A stretch of 64,000 nucleotides of DNA. Origin: the human T2T-CHM13v2.0 reference genome, Homo sapiens. A program made the position numbers and the translations under genes. Shown here piece after piece: positions 1 through 21,595 of this stretch. Location: assembly GCF_009914755.1 (NCBI RefSeq), contig NC_060926.1; one strand, written 5' to 3'. Positions within the stretch are counted from its first letter, which is position 1. Every line of letters starts with the position of its first letter. The notes below the pieces were generated by a model. That model saw only the letters and a program-made list of their open reading frames with translations, was not told the DNA's origin and made no database searches.

Positions 1-1
1 A

Positions 2-429
<428 letters not shown>

Positions 430-1283
430 TCAGGGCTACCTCCCAGGAACTGTGATCCCCACTAGAGGGCTGTGCCAGCCGCAGGCCCAGCCACCATGCA
501 GGCAAGGTGGGGACAAACATCTGGCCCACCTTGCCCAGAAGCCAGAAGACCAGGGAATCTACTAGGGCAACACGCCCTGGTCAGCCCCGCAGGGTGGATC
601 TTGAGGGCAAGGCCAAGACACCCACAGTGTTTAGGAAGCTGGGACTCGCTGCAGCAACCAGCAGGTAGCAGTGTGTGTCCCGGTCAGCCCGCTGCTCACA
701 GGTGCCAGGCTTCCACACCACCCAGGCTAGTGAGGCCTCCCAAACATGCTTAGCGCTGGGAGTATAAGGTTTCCTACGGAATCTTCTCTGTAAACCAGGG
801 TTCTAGTGGTATTTGCTGGAAGTCACTTCAGCATCATTCATGCGAGTAACCTAGAGGGCACAGGGCTACGCTTCGGGACATCTGATATGGGTGAAAGGGG
901 AGCGTATAGGAGAGGACTTAATGCCAACAAAAATGATTTAGGCCGTTCCTGGAATTCAAAATATTCATTCGAAGAAGGGGGCCAGCCAAGGGGGCCACAC
1001 TCAATGAAAGAGTGTACTCTCATTCATTGGTGCACTTGGCAAACACTGAATCCCTGTGTGTCCTAGACTCTGCAGTAGATGCTTAAAGATGTGCAGAGAC
1101 TCCAGATTACTACCACCAAGCCACAGTCCTATGGATTAAAGTGCTGAGGGCTGGGAAACCCAACCCTGCTCTCCCATAAGTGGGTAGAGACCTTCGTTGC
1201 CAGGGGCAGGACAGGGCCAGGGCCTGTGGGCCCAGATGATGGCCATCCCCTTCCCACCCAGCTCCCTCAGTGCGTGGCTTTAG

Positions 1284-1691
<408 letters not shown>

Positions 1692-1741
1692 TGACAAAGA
1701 GGGGCTACCTTTCATTCCACAGCTGGAAATAAAAGATTTAA

Positions 1742-2268
<527 letters not shown>

Positions 2269-2371
2269 TAACCGCTCACTTTGTGTTTTTAAAAACTGGC
2301 CTTGCTAATAATCTAAATAAAGACATGCAAATTAAAACATCAGTGAGGCGCCACTGGCTGATTGGAAACAA

Positions 2372-4616
<2,245 letters not shown>

Positions 4617-4833
4617 GGAAAAATAAAATAAAAATCTGCACCAAGATCTTCACAATAGGTATTTTCAGGCAGTAGGAATTTGGATGACTTTTTTCCCTTT
4701 GCCTGACTTTTCTTTCTTTCTTATAATGAACATGGATTACATGTGTAATTAAAAACATGCGCAGTTTTTAAAGTAGGTGTCTGGTTTCTTTCATCTTCTC
4801 CACCCTCACTGCTCTCTCCCTCTTTTGCCTTAG

Positions 4834-4878
4834 ATGGTGTCGTGTTGGTTGATCCTGATCTTGTGAAGGGAAAGAAAG
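4834..4878 (+). CDS. SAG: SAG exon 4 (DGVVLVDPDLVKGKK)
   Basis: ccttag|ATGG...AAAG|gtgaga; 45 nt, phase 1-1. Confidence 0.97.
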
Positions 4879-5253
4879 GTGAGATGAAGCCCCTTGTCTC
4901 AGGCTGGTTTCTGGGCGGAGTGGACTGCTCTCTGGGCGGCTCTGGGAAGGGGCATTTACATGGAAGGAGAGACAGGAAGGCAGAGGCAGCGCTCTTGCAC
5001 ATGGAACCAGTGCCAGGCCCACTGACCCACACTCCTGTACCTAATTCACGTGACATAGGTCCTGTTGACACCAGAGCTCACTCGCTCAGCAAAGTCATTG
5101 TCCAGGGTGGCAGATAAGTAGATGGTAGACGGAGCCCAGGTCTGTGGCCCCCATTCCTGTTTGCTCGCCCCTGTTTCATGTACTTCTGTGCTAGGGGCAA
5201 ACTCAGGAGGGTGCCTGGGGTGCCTAGGACTCAGGAGGACACAAGACCTTGAA

Positions 5254-5347
5254 TGAATGAGGGGCGAGTGAGTGGGCAGTGTTTCTTCTGAGTCAGTGGC
5301 GAGGGGCAGTTACCGTTGGGGCTGACAGGCAAAATTCTCAACCAACA
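5254..5347 (+). repeat. Copy 1 of a 94-bp local direct duplication
   Basis: Ungapped match to 5888-5981 with 8 mismatches (manual alignment). Confidence 0.9.
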
Positions 5348-5887
5348 CCAAAAAGGGGGAAATGATGCCTGCTGGGGGCAGGGGGAGTAAGACCCAGAAT
5401 TTATTATGGTGCTTACTTCGATGGTTCTGAACCAGTGTCACGGCGCCCTTGAAGATTTCTGGCAGTTTTGATGTGTGTGGTAAGTAATTTGTTACTAATA
5501 ACAGTTGCATAAACCAAATTAGAACAGATTCCAGCTATCCTTGTGATAATGTCACTGACTCAGTTCCATTCTAAATATGCCTTTTTGAGTGTTGCTACTG
5601 GCAACATCAAGGAATTGTTCAGAACCCTGGATGTGCCACTGGAATACGTCAGCTATGGGGCCATCAGCATTGAGGGGGCATGGCTGAAATGGGGCCCCAA
5701 ACGGCCCCCTCTGTCCTCTCCACCTTCCTCCTGGGTGCCCTGCTCCTCTCTGGACCAGGAGGCATCTGGTTTGAGCCCCGAAAGCCCAAGTCCTTGACCA
5801 GAGAAGGGCGCCTGTTCTCAGGGAAAGCCACTGCACAGGACAGCTGTCAAACCACGTGGTCTCTGGGCACCTTCTTAGTCCTGAGCT

Positions 5888-5981
5888 TGAATGAGGGGCG
5901 AGTGAGTGGCCACTGTTTCTTCTGAGTCAGCAGCGAAGGGCAGTTACCTTTGGGGCTTGCAGGCAAAATTCTCAACCAACA
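5888..5981 (+). repeat. Copy 2 of a 94-bp local direct duplication
   Basis: Ungapped match to 5254-5347 with 8 mismatches (manual alignment). Confidence 0.9.
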
Positions 5982-6567
5982 GCTACCACGCACTTGGCGG
6001 GGCCGCCTCTCGTGCTTTATATTTGAGAAATATGTGCTTCGTGTCTTTTTTAGAAGGTGTAGTGAACTTCATACAATTCTTCTGGTCTACTGGGCGCACA
6101 CTTCAGGTCTGTTCAACAAGTAGAATTTTCAGAAGTGGGGGTTTAGAGAATGCTCAGTATGTTTCAGAGCAGCGTGAAAAGGAGGCTGGAACTTGAGCCT
6201 TCTCAAGTTGGATTTCACCTCCCCATGTGGCCTGTGAGCCTTCAGGCTCCTCACTCAGCCCACGATTGACCCTGGCCCACATCTGCTTTGCTGCCCAGCG
6301 CTGTTTCCCTCTGCATCTTACCTTCTTCCTTCATTCGTCCAGACATCCTGCCCTCTAGAACCTGAGCAGCCAGCACTGTCTCAAAGCCTCTGAGGCCACA
6401 GAGCTAGGGAATGAAGGGGGCGGGCAGGATGGAGGGGACTGGGTCCTCTGTCTTCAGATTTCTACCATTCTGGCAACATGATACAATTGGGAGGAAGATG
6501 CCAGGATCTCCCTTTAGAGCGGTGAACCCTCATGAAGGGGCTGATTCTCCAGAGTGGTGTGGAGTAG

Positions 6568-6984
<417 letters not shown>

Positions 6985-7499
6985 TAGAGGAAGAACTTCA
7001 CATCTGCAGGCCTGGAAATTGCACCCTTGAAAGAAATTCTAGATTGCATGGTCTGTGATTGTCTTTTTTTAAGTCCTTGAAAATAGCCTCTTAGCCTTTG
7101 AAGACACCCTTTCAACCTACCGTTTACATATTTCCCTTGACCCGACCCCCTAATTACATGAGCACGTGTTATTCCTTTGCTTGCTAAGCTCGAAAAAGAA
7201 AGCTCACAGAAATGCCCCTCGGCCCTGGGGAGTTCTAAGTAGGAAAGGGTTCCCTACAGGACAGGAGAGCTTAGCGAAGTAAGATGTCATCTTTTTCCTT
7301 GCCCACAGCTTGGGGGATCACAGGAGATATTTTCATCTCTCTGGGGGCCCGTCTGTCATCCATTGAGACCTGGCTACCAACGGTGCCAGCGTGCAAACTC
7401 TCTGAAGTCTTGGGCGTGAGCTCAATTGGGGGAAGCTACCATCTGCTTTACGAGCATGTTTATTTGTCTTAAGAGAATATACACTTCCAAAGTTACATG

Positions 7500-7870
7500 G
7501 TTCAGCCTTAAAAAGGAATGAAATTCTGTTCTGTGCTACACCATGGATGAATCCTGAATACATTATACTAAATGAAAGGACCCAGACACAAAAAGACAAA
7601 TACTCTATGGTTTCACTTACAGGAGATACCTGGAGTAATCAGATTCATACAGACAGAGACAGAATAGAGCTTCCCACAGGCTGGGGGGTTGGAGGATGGG
7701 GAGTTGGGGTTTAATGGGAACAGAGCTTCAGATTGGGAAGATGAAAAATGTTCTGGTGATAGATAGTGGTGATTACTGCAGAATGGTGTGAATGTACTTC
7801 ATGCCAATGAACCGTACAGTTAAAAGAGCTTAAATGGTAAATTTGATGTTATTCTATGTTTATCACAACT
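7500..7870 (+). mobile_element. L1MB-like 3' end
   Basis: cagccttaaaaaggaatgaaattctg...gatagtggtgat...aaatggtaaattt. Confidence 0.8.
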
Positions 7871-8008
7871 GTTTTACAAAATCACATTTACAAAAAAGTT
7901 ATAAGGTCCTGGGTGCTCCCATGTACCTGTGCTGGGAGTTTGAAGTGACATAACCTTTTAGAGACAATATGTCAACACGTATTGAAAGCCTTAAAACGTG
8001 TGCTTCTC

Positions 8009-8067
8009 CGAGGTCAGGAGATTGAGACCATCTTGGCTAACATGGTGAAACCCCGTCTCTACTAAAA

Positions 8068-8121
<54 letters not shown>

Positions 8122-8292
8122 TAGTCAGGCGTGGTGGCGGGTGCCTATAGTTCCAGCTACTTGAGAGGCTGAGGCAGGAGAATGGTGTGAACCCGGAAGG
8201 CAGAGCTTGCAGTGAGCTAGATCGCGCCACTGCACTCCAGCCTGGGTGACAGAGCGAGACTCTGTCTCAAAAAAAAAAAAAAAAAAAAAAAA
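8009..8292 (+). mobile_element. 5'-truncated AluY-like element with (CA)25 in its linker
   Basis: Alu body, A-tail, TSD gtgcttctc at 8000-8008 and 8293-8301. Confidence 0.88.
8071..8120 (+). repeat. (CA)25 microsatellite
   Basis: Perfect 50-nt CA run. Confidence 0.97.
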
Positions 8293-8600
8293 GTGCTTCT
8301 CTTTCTAGCAGTTCAGCTTATGGAATTAATTGTCTAAAACTGATTTATTACAGCATTGTTTGTAATGGCAAAAAAGTAAAGACCACTTCAGTAGCCAGCA
8401 AAGGGGACTGGCTACGTTAAGTGTACATTATAGAGCCCTAAAAAGGATGATTCAGAACTGTATTTTATGATGTGGGAAAATGGTCACAATGCTTTCTGAA
8501 AAGGGCTAGAATTAATGAAGTGAGTAAACAGACTACAGAACGTGATCATCACTTTGTCCCATTTCTGTAAAACGTCTTCTCACATATACATATTTGGGCG

Positions 8601-8825
8601 TGGCCAGTTGCAGTGGCTCACACCTATAATCCCAGCACTTTGAGAGGCCAAGGTGGGTGGATTACTTAAGATCAGAAGTTTGACACCAGCCTGGGCAACA
8701 TGGTGAAACCCCATCTCTAGCAAAAATACAAAAATTAGCTGGGCATGGTGGTGTGTGCCTGTAATCCCAGCTACTCCACTGCACTCCAGCCTGGGCGACA
8801 GAGCAAGACTCCATCTCAAAACAAA
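8601..8825 (+). mobile_element. Alu with internal deletion in the right arm
   Basis: cccagctact joined directly to ccactgcactccagc. Confidence 0.85.
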
Positions 8826-9004
8826 ACATACATATTTATGTGTACAGGCAGGAAATTTTGGGAAGGTTATGTTAGCAATATGTATTTGGGTGTCAGGAGT
8901 ATAGGTGAATGTGATTTTTCTTTTTTCTTGCTTATCATCTTTATTTTCTAATTTTTACATGATTATATATTACTTAATGGAACAGCCCCTTCTGAAATAA
9001 ATGA

Positions 9005-9139
<135 letters not shown>

Positions 9140-9144
9140 TAGAC

Positions 9145-9815
<671 letters not shown>

Positions 9816-9899
9816 TAAAGATCCTCTATGAACCCATCACTCATCTTCAGCAGTTATTAACCATGAACATCCTTGTGAACAAAATCACAGAGTCCCAAC

Positions 9900-10780
<881 letters not shown>

Positions 10781-11027
10781 GAAGGAGGTGCCAGGACCCG
10801 TGGGTTCAGGCCCTCTAAGCCACTGGGTCTGGGATTCATGAGGAAGGGAGCTACACAGAGAGGCAGTTTCTGTAACTGGATTATGGGATGGGCAGTGATA
10901 GGTGATGACAAGGGCAGTGTTTTTGTCGCAGGGCATCTGCGACATCTGACCCGTTAGTGGTTCGTGAAATCAATGTAGTGGATCCAAAATGGAAGGGAAC
11001 AGAATGGAATGGAATAGAATAGAACAG

Positions 11028-11566
<539 letters not shown>

Positions 11567-12387
11567 TTACAAATCCAACTTTCAGAACATCTCGAAGCTA
11601 GTGGTCCAGGACAATGGGGTGGGGTGTGCGCAGCCAAGATGGGGGAAGATGAGGTGATTACAGAAGAAGGGGGCACAGAACAATGGGGAATGGAATTGGT
11701 TGTGTTAGATCTTATAGTGCTCTATAAGAGAGACCCCAAATTCAGATTTTTAGGTGACCTTTCTTGATTTTTACAACACTGTATAGGCCCAACAAAGCAC
11801 CACCTATTTTCTGTTCTAGGAGAGGAGCAGGTCTTAGCACAGCTGCAGGGCTTCAGGAAAGTGGGTGCGCCCTGAGCCCAGGGAGCTTGAGAGAAGTGCC
11901 TGAATGCCTGGGGGCCTGGGGGCTTGACAGCTGAGAAGCCCAGGTGGGCGAGCAGAACAGGCGTTGGTGTGGCTCAACAACGGCCGGCTGATGGCAGGGA
12001 AGGATGCATATTTATTTTCCACTTAGAGTTTAGGACTGCTATGATTCCCTGGTTGCAGAACCAATAAATCCGTGCCTCATATGTCACCATGGACAGAGCT
12101 GGCTTCCTGTAATTTTTGCCAGCTCTACTTTCCCCTCCAGGCAGTGGTGGAGGGCAGGCCGGTGCCCTCCTCTGGCTCCCCAACGCATGTGAACGTGCAG
12201 AGATGAGGGAGGTTACAAAGGGCTTGCACTGGGGGCCAGGGGCTTCACACACTGGGAATCGGGGGAAGGTCACTGGCAGATCCGTTCATTCAGCCCACAC
12301 AATGCTTAAAAGTCTTTTTATTTAATTTAAAAACTAGGAGATTTCACTCCAAATTCCACGTGAAGTTTCTTTTTTAAAAATCAAGCT

Positions 12388-12687
12388 GGCTGGGCGCGAT
12401 GGCTCACACCTATAATCCCAGCACTTTGGGAGGCCAAGGCAGGCGGATCATGAGGTCAAGAGTTTAAGACCAGCCTGGCCAACCTAGTGAAACCCCAACT
12501 CTACTAAAAATACAAAAATCAGCCGGGCATGGTGGTGCACACCTGTAATCCCAGCTACTCAGGAGGCTGAGGCAAGAGAATTGCTTGAACTCGGGAGGCG
12601 GAGGTTGTGGTGAGCCGAGATCATGCCACTTGCACTCCAGCCTGGGCAACAGAGCAAGACTCCATCTCCAAAAAAAAAAAAAAAAAA
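12388..12687 (+). mobile_element. Alu (AluS-like)
   Basis: Alu consensus, A-tail. Confidence 0.9.
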
Positions 12688-13080
12688 TCGTGCTGCCCGC
12701 ACTGGGTGCCTTGCTGCCTGGCCACATGAGGCTGCCGCTGAACAGCAGGTGACCATGGGGGTCAGGGTTTCCATACCCTATCAGGGCATTCCTGGACCCC
12801 AGCGCTGGCCCTGTGAGTGCCTGTACCTCTGGCCCCTGCTGTAGGCAGTGGAAGTCAGTAAGATGCATGGGATCACAGTTGGGGACACCTAAGTGTGCAA
12901 GGTGGCAGGAGGCAAGGATAGCCAGGATGTGAATGACTCTCCACGGCAGCAGGAGGGCTCATGGGGCAGGTGGATCCCCTCCCTCTGGGGGCTTTGGGCC
13001 CATGGCACACTCCTTGCGCTACTGTAATTGTTTCACTGTCAGTATGCTTCCAAATCCCTAAATGGTGCAACCCCGAATAG

Positions 13081-13281
<201 letters not shown>

Positions 13282-13534
13282 TAAGAGTATGGTTGCGGAA
13301 TAGGTGAGGGGTCTGCGGTGGGGGTGGAGAGAAGAGACGACCTCCACCTTGTCTCTGTGGGACAGACCTCTTCCCATAGGGCTGGCACGGCTGGGGTACC
13401 ATCTGCATGTGGGATGGAGGTCAAAGGTTGATCATTTTTGGGGAAAAAAAAGAAAACAAGAAAATGACAGGGAAGTTAGCAACCTCCAGGGCTCACGTAA
13501 GCCCCGAAAAGCTCCCGGGTTTCCCCTTTGTTGA

Positions 13535-14060
<526 letters not shown>

Positions 14061-14483
14061 ACCGCTCCATCCTTCCCATTCTCCCACCCCCTGTGCTGTT
14101 TTTTTTTTACCTAAACAAGATTTCCGCCTGGCCCTTCGCACTGTCTCCTTGTGCCCCATGTACACATCTCTGGAGGCGCAGGATAGTGAGCTGCAGTAAT
14201 GGAGCTCGCATGTATATGGCAGCTATTCCATGAGGCCCTTGACGCCCTCACACCTTAGCCTTGCTGACAGGAGGCAGAGCTGGGAATCCACGGAGCCTAA
14301 GGGGCTAAGCTTGGCCCTCGGGATGTTGCCTGGCCCCACAGCTTCCCCCACAGGGAAGGGACCAGGACCCAGACCCCCAGGCTCTTCCACCGTCAGGGCT
14401 GCCTCAGGCTCTGACCAGTGTCGTTGCCCTCTTCCCGTCCACCCTGTCTCCATGGGGAGCATTCCTGGAGAATCTCCATGTGA

Positions 14484-14780
<297 letters not shown>

Positions 14781-15576
14781 TAACTACATGGGTGCCTTGC
14801 AAGGAAGCTTGTTTCTAGGATAAAGCACCAACATGCGTAAGTGACTGGCCTGTTTTCACAGCCTGGAGCTGGTCAGCATGGTCCTTAGAGGAGGACGGAA
14901 CTGGCTTGCGTTCCACCCACTGGCTGTCCCGAGGGACTGGGGAAGGAAGGGGCGCTGCTTTTCACATACCTGCCCCCCAGCTGTCCTTGTCCTGTCCACC
15001 TCCATGGGCCTTGTTCACTCATGGAGCATCAATAGCTGTGGTATCCCAAATTCTTCACTTCCTGGGAAATTTAAGTTTTGCAGAAACCATGTGGGATGGC
15101 AGTGTCACCTGTGATGTCATCTCTTAGGGGTGTCATGGTGGGAAAAGGTGAGAGCTGCTGGCCAAGGCTGGCTCTGGTTCCTCTGGTCAGCAGTCAGCCA
15201 TTTGTGCACTGTGTGTATACACGTGTGTGGGTGTGCCCAGGGGCTGTGTTACACGGGCTCTGCTGGGTGGGATGCCAGCACTTGGCTTTCCCAGTGGTTT
15301 CCTTTCACTTCACTCATCCTGCCCCCATAACCTCCTGACCCCTGGCCTCCTCCGATGTGATGATCGGAACTCTGTTCCCCTCCCCAGCTTCCCACAGATG
15401 GGTGGAATGTGTTTCAGGCCCTTCCTTAGAAGAAATGTATTGCTATCACTTCATCTTCCTTAAATTCTGCCGCTTTTATTCCAGTGAAAGGGATTGAGAT
15501 GAATCTAGAAAGCAGTAAGATTAAAGACACCGCCACATCTGTTCTCTTCTTCTGACCTATCTGCTGACTTTTCTAG

Positions 15577-15699
<123 letters not shown>

Positions 15700-16534
15700 T
15701 AGAATTTCTGATCCTGTTTCCTGAGAGGTCACTTCTCTGGTCTGATAAGGCCCTTCTGGGTCCTTGGAACTGGCTACTTGTCTCTGCTGTCATAGGCAGC
15801 AGGACTGCGGAGGGAGAAAGGCCTTACAAGTTATCTCATTCAACTTCCTGCCCACTTACGGCTGGTTTTTGTCTTGGAACAAAATTCCTGGCAAGTGATC
15901 TCTTTCCATGGTTATGCCTTCCTGGAGGGCCCCACAGTGCTCATTGTGGTTGACAGATGCAGCACATTGTTGTGGGTGAGGCCTAATTTGTGGACTCATG
16001 CTGTGGGCTCTGTGATCCCAGCTGGCATCCACAGCAGGGGCTCCTTGTCTACCTTCCCAGGCTTTGTGTGGCTTGAAGGAGGTCCCACATGGAAGCGCTT
16101 TGTAAATGGTGAAGTGTGACTGTCTCGGCTCAAATGGCCATCATGTCATGGCTGACCTTCCCATATCCTACAGGGGAGGTGCCTTCTGCCTGTTGTTCCC
16201 ACACATTAACTAAGCTCAAAAAGCATCAAAGCACAGGGGGTCTTATATAATGGTCTTATTTGGCTCTTTCATGAGGAAGACATGATGGAATGACCTGTGA
16301 GGGTAACCTCTAAGTTCACTTTTTAACTCAAACATTCAATGACCAAGACAAAGTTAGACTTATGCATCTTGGGGTGACTGTCCCAGGGCCCAGGACTGAG
16401 GATGTGGAACTTCCAGTCCTAAAATGGGCTCTCCCGGGCAAGCCAGGGTGAGCAGTGGCCCTAGGTGTCATATACCACTTTTCCCTGTGAGTCATCACAG
16501 ATGAGGGTCAGAAATCCTGATGCGTGCAGACTAA

Positions 16535-16917
<383 letters not shown>

Positions 16918-16935
16918 ATAGCTGTTAACTTTTTA

Positions 16936-17139
<204 letters not shown>

Positions 17140-17199
17140 TTAAAAAAATCCTCAAGCTTAATTTTAAAGGTGATTAAAAGTCATCTTTTTAATCATCAC

Positions 17200-17350
17200 A
17201 ACGTCCCTATGAGTTAGATGCAATTATTACCCCCATTTTACTGATGGGGAAACTGAGGCTTAGAATAGATAAATAATTCACCCCACAGTTAGTGGCTAAG
17301 CCAAGATTGGCACCCAAACAGCCTGGCTCCAGGCCCACCTTCCTATCCAC
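17200..17350 (-). mobile_element. MIR
   Basis: Core ccccattttactgatggggaaactgaggct. Confidence 0.8.
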
Positions 17351-17699
17351 CACGTTCCACCCACCAACCAGTCCTGTACTGCCTCTAGCTAGTCTCTTGG
17401 AGGACAGGAAGGACAATGTTCATGAAGTAAGATGGAGGATGTTAGAAAGGGCTGAGCAGGGGAAAGGAGGGGTCTCCCAGGAGCTGCAGCCTTAGGGGAC
17501 ATGGGTGGGAGTTGATACAGAGCAGGTTATGGGTGACCAGAAATGGCCTGGAGACAGGACTTCAAAACCCCAGCCTTGAAGCTGAGGGCTGAGAAAGCCT
17601 AGCCTTGGAAGTGGAGGGAAACCATCATCAGAGAGGAGAGACCAGCGTGTACCCTGGGAGGCCGCAGGGAAAGTGCACGTGTTGGGGGACCAGTGCTGA

Positions 17700-17801
<102 letters not shown>

Positions 17802-18587
17802 TGAGTAGCTGTTGGGGTTTCCGTTTCCTGGGCGTCTCAGCCTTCTGTGTCAAGTTTCTCGCCGTTTATTGCTGAAGAAGGAACTAGAATGTTCAGCTAG
17901 CTCGCCAGCCTTCCACTTCCTTCCTCTTTCTCCCTTCGAGGGCTGCACAGAAAGTTAGCATCTTAGCTCTGCATCTACCACACCCCTCTGTGCCCATCTT
18001 ACAGGAGTTCTGAGGATTAATGCAAGCCAAAGAATGACGCAGAGGAGAGAAATAAAGACAGAAATGTCACCATGGGATCAGCTGGCTTTTTCTATTTATC
18101 CTTGGAATGAATTGTTAGGAATTTGGTACTATTTCCACCTCCCAGAAGATGGTCAAATGAACTGTCAGCCCAGGCTAGGATTCCCTATCTTTTGATCTCA
18201 AATTGAAATCTTATACCAGTGACAACTGGATTAGAATATATCTGTTCTTAGCCTGTTGTTGTGAATGACTTTTCCCCTTTGTTAGAATCAAAAACAAATG
18301 AGAATCCTGCCATGGTTCCTTTATGCTGGCCTGAGAGACCTGCCCAGCTTTGCTGTGTGCCACAAAGTCAAATAGATTCATTTAATACATGGCTTGGAGT
18401 GGGGGGCGATGATCTCCCACCTCCAGCCCCCCGAGAGGATAGCTCGACCAGGTCTTAACTCTTTGCCTTGCTGGCATGTTCTAAGCACCGTTGTATGTAA
18501 AAAATATTATCAGGGTTAGAGGAAGGTTAGGGTAGGGGAATGATGAAAGACAACTGATTCCTTAAGATAATATAAGGTAATAGATAG

Positions 18588-19182
<595 letters not shown>

Positions 19183-20987
19183 CTATATGGGAATATTTAA
19201 AAGGCAACTTTAGGAGAAACTATTACTGTTATTCAAAACAGATTCAAACTGTAGGTCTACAAGGGAGGGAGACAGGAAAGAACCACCACTCACTGCCTCC
19301 TTTCTGCCAAGATTGGGCTCTGTTCTGCCTTTAGGGGATCCTCGCACATCCCTGTGCCCTGGAGGGGTCTTGGCCCTGGTTCACCTTTCCTCATGTGCTC
19401 AGCAACATGGGAGCAAAGGATCCTGGCTGAGTTTTCCCCTAATATGTATTCCATCACCTGGTCCTCTTTCAAAGTGTTGGGTGCATTTTGGGTCAAAGAT
19501 TCCCAGGAAACTGGAAAGCATTCCAAAGTCCCCCAAAGGCTGGAGGAGCCTGGGAGCTGGACTGGACCATGCTGACAAGTCTGAAGCTAGAGGCCACTCA
19601 GAAAGCTGCAGAGCAGGAGCCATCGTCCCAGAGCCCTGTGGCTTCTGGGGCTTTAGTGGGCAGGCTTCCACGGAACCAGGACAGACCTGACTCCCAAGCT
19701 GCTCCCCACCATCCAAACCCACATCCTGAAGCTCTGGGGAGTGGCCCCAGAGCCTTGGCATAGTCCTTTGGCAAGCTCTGCACAAACACAAAAAGTCCAT
19801 CCTCTGAGCCCAACCCCAAGGGCCCTCTTCCTATTCCAGCCATCTTTACAATGCTGTTTCTGCTTTTTTCAATGCTCAAATTACGCTCATTAAGAGAGGT
19901 TCCACCAGGACCCAGATGGTAGGATGTGGGCCACCTTGGGCTCTGGCAGATTTCTGTAAAGAGCTTCCTGTAGACACTGGAGGCAGGATAGGGGACAGCT
20001 GCTTTTACCTATCCAGGGAAACTTGATTAGGGAAAGGAAGTCCTTTCCCAGAGAGGCAGTTCAGACTTCCAGCTGTCTCAGGACAGCCTTAGAATGGTCC
20101 TGATGCTGGCCACACCCCACCTTGTTCTGGCTAGGCACAGGATGGAGGGTGTGCTTCCGGCACGAATGGGCTCTGCTGTCAGAGAGTGTGCAGCCACGTG
20201 ACTGTGGGCACACTTCCCGTCTGGAAAATGGGGATCTTGGAGCACCTGCTTGGTATGGGGTTGATGAGGGTAAGGTGAGAGTTTTGAGGACAGGCCTTAG
20301 CACTTGGCCTGGCACACAGCATGCACGTGAGTGGAGGAGCCAACTCTCCAGCCGCAGAGGCTGCTTCATGATCCTGGCCATGCTGCCGTGTGTCTGCCTG
20401 GAGAAACACACATTGCTGTGTCCCCAGCTGGATCCCAGACCCGCCTGTTGGCACAGGGTCTCCGCCATCTGTCAGATGTTGAGAAATCTATACCCCGACT
20501 GATGATGAAGAAGATCCAGTAGAGAAAGAGCATGTGCTGCTTTGGACCCAAGCTATTCGGTCTGTGTGATCCACAAATTGTGGGTCCCTGCGTTGCCCCT
20601 CTAGACAACTTACCACACAGTCACACTGTGACCCCCTTATAGTGACAGTTTTTGGTGACAAGAGGCTTTCTGGCCTGGACTCGTTGCTGACACCAACCAG
20701 AAGGTTCTGCAGGCCACCGTGTGGTTCACAAAGTCTCAGGAGGAGGCTGTGGTCTCTGACTCTTGAGCCAGTTTGTCTCATTAACTCCATAGAACATTCT
20801 AGAAATTCAGCAATTCAGAATAGGCTGAGTTGCTTGAAGAAATATCCTCCTGTTGCTGCCAGCCCACCCTGAGATTTCACAAGCACTGTTCTGCTTCTCG
20901 TAAGTCAAGTTCCCAGGCTCTTGAACCCACCTTCCCAGGAGGTCCATCAGGGGATGTGGATCCTGGAAAATGCCTAATGTCAAATAG

Positions 20988-21188
<201 letters not shown>

Positions 21189-21384
21189 TGAGTCCTCGAG
21201 GCTCAGGGAATAAGCCCTGGCAGGGCGGGCTGGTGCTGGTCTGCTTCCCTTCACATCACCCTGCTGGGCTCGCAGGCACGCACGTGCAGCATGGTGGTCT
21301 GGCGTGTGTAGTGTGGAGTGCATATCTACGGGCCCACACAAGGATCCCACTCTCACCCCTGGTGTGATGTGGGGGTTACACCCA

Positions 21385-21595
21385 TGGGCCTTGGAGACAG
21401 CTGTGCGCTAACCCCAGCTCTGCTGCTGACCCTGGGAAAACACCTTGAGTTCTCTGAGAACCTCAGTTTTCCTGTTTGTAAAGTGGGGGCGGTAATAGTT
21501 CAAGTCTCATAGAGTGATTATAAGGATTCAGTGAGACAATCCATGTGAAGCGTGGGGCCTGACACACAGAGAGTGCTCCAGGAATGTCAGCTACT
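21385..21595 (+). mobile_element. MIR
   Basis: cctcagttttcctgtttgtaaagtggggg...ggattcagtgagacaatccatgtgaagc. Confidence 0.75.
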
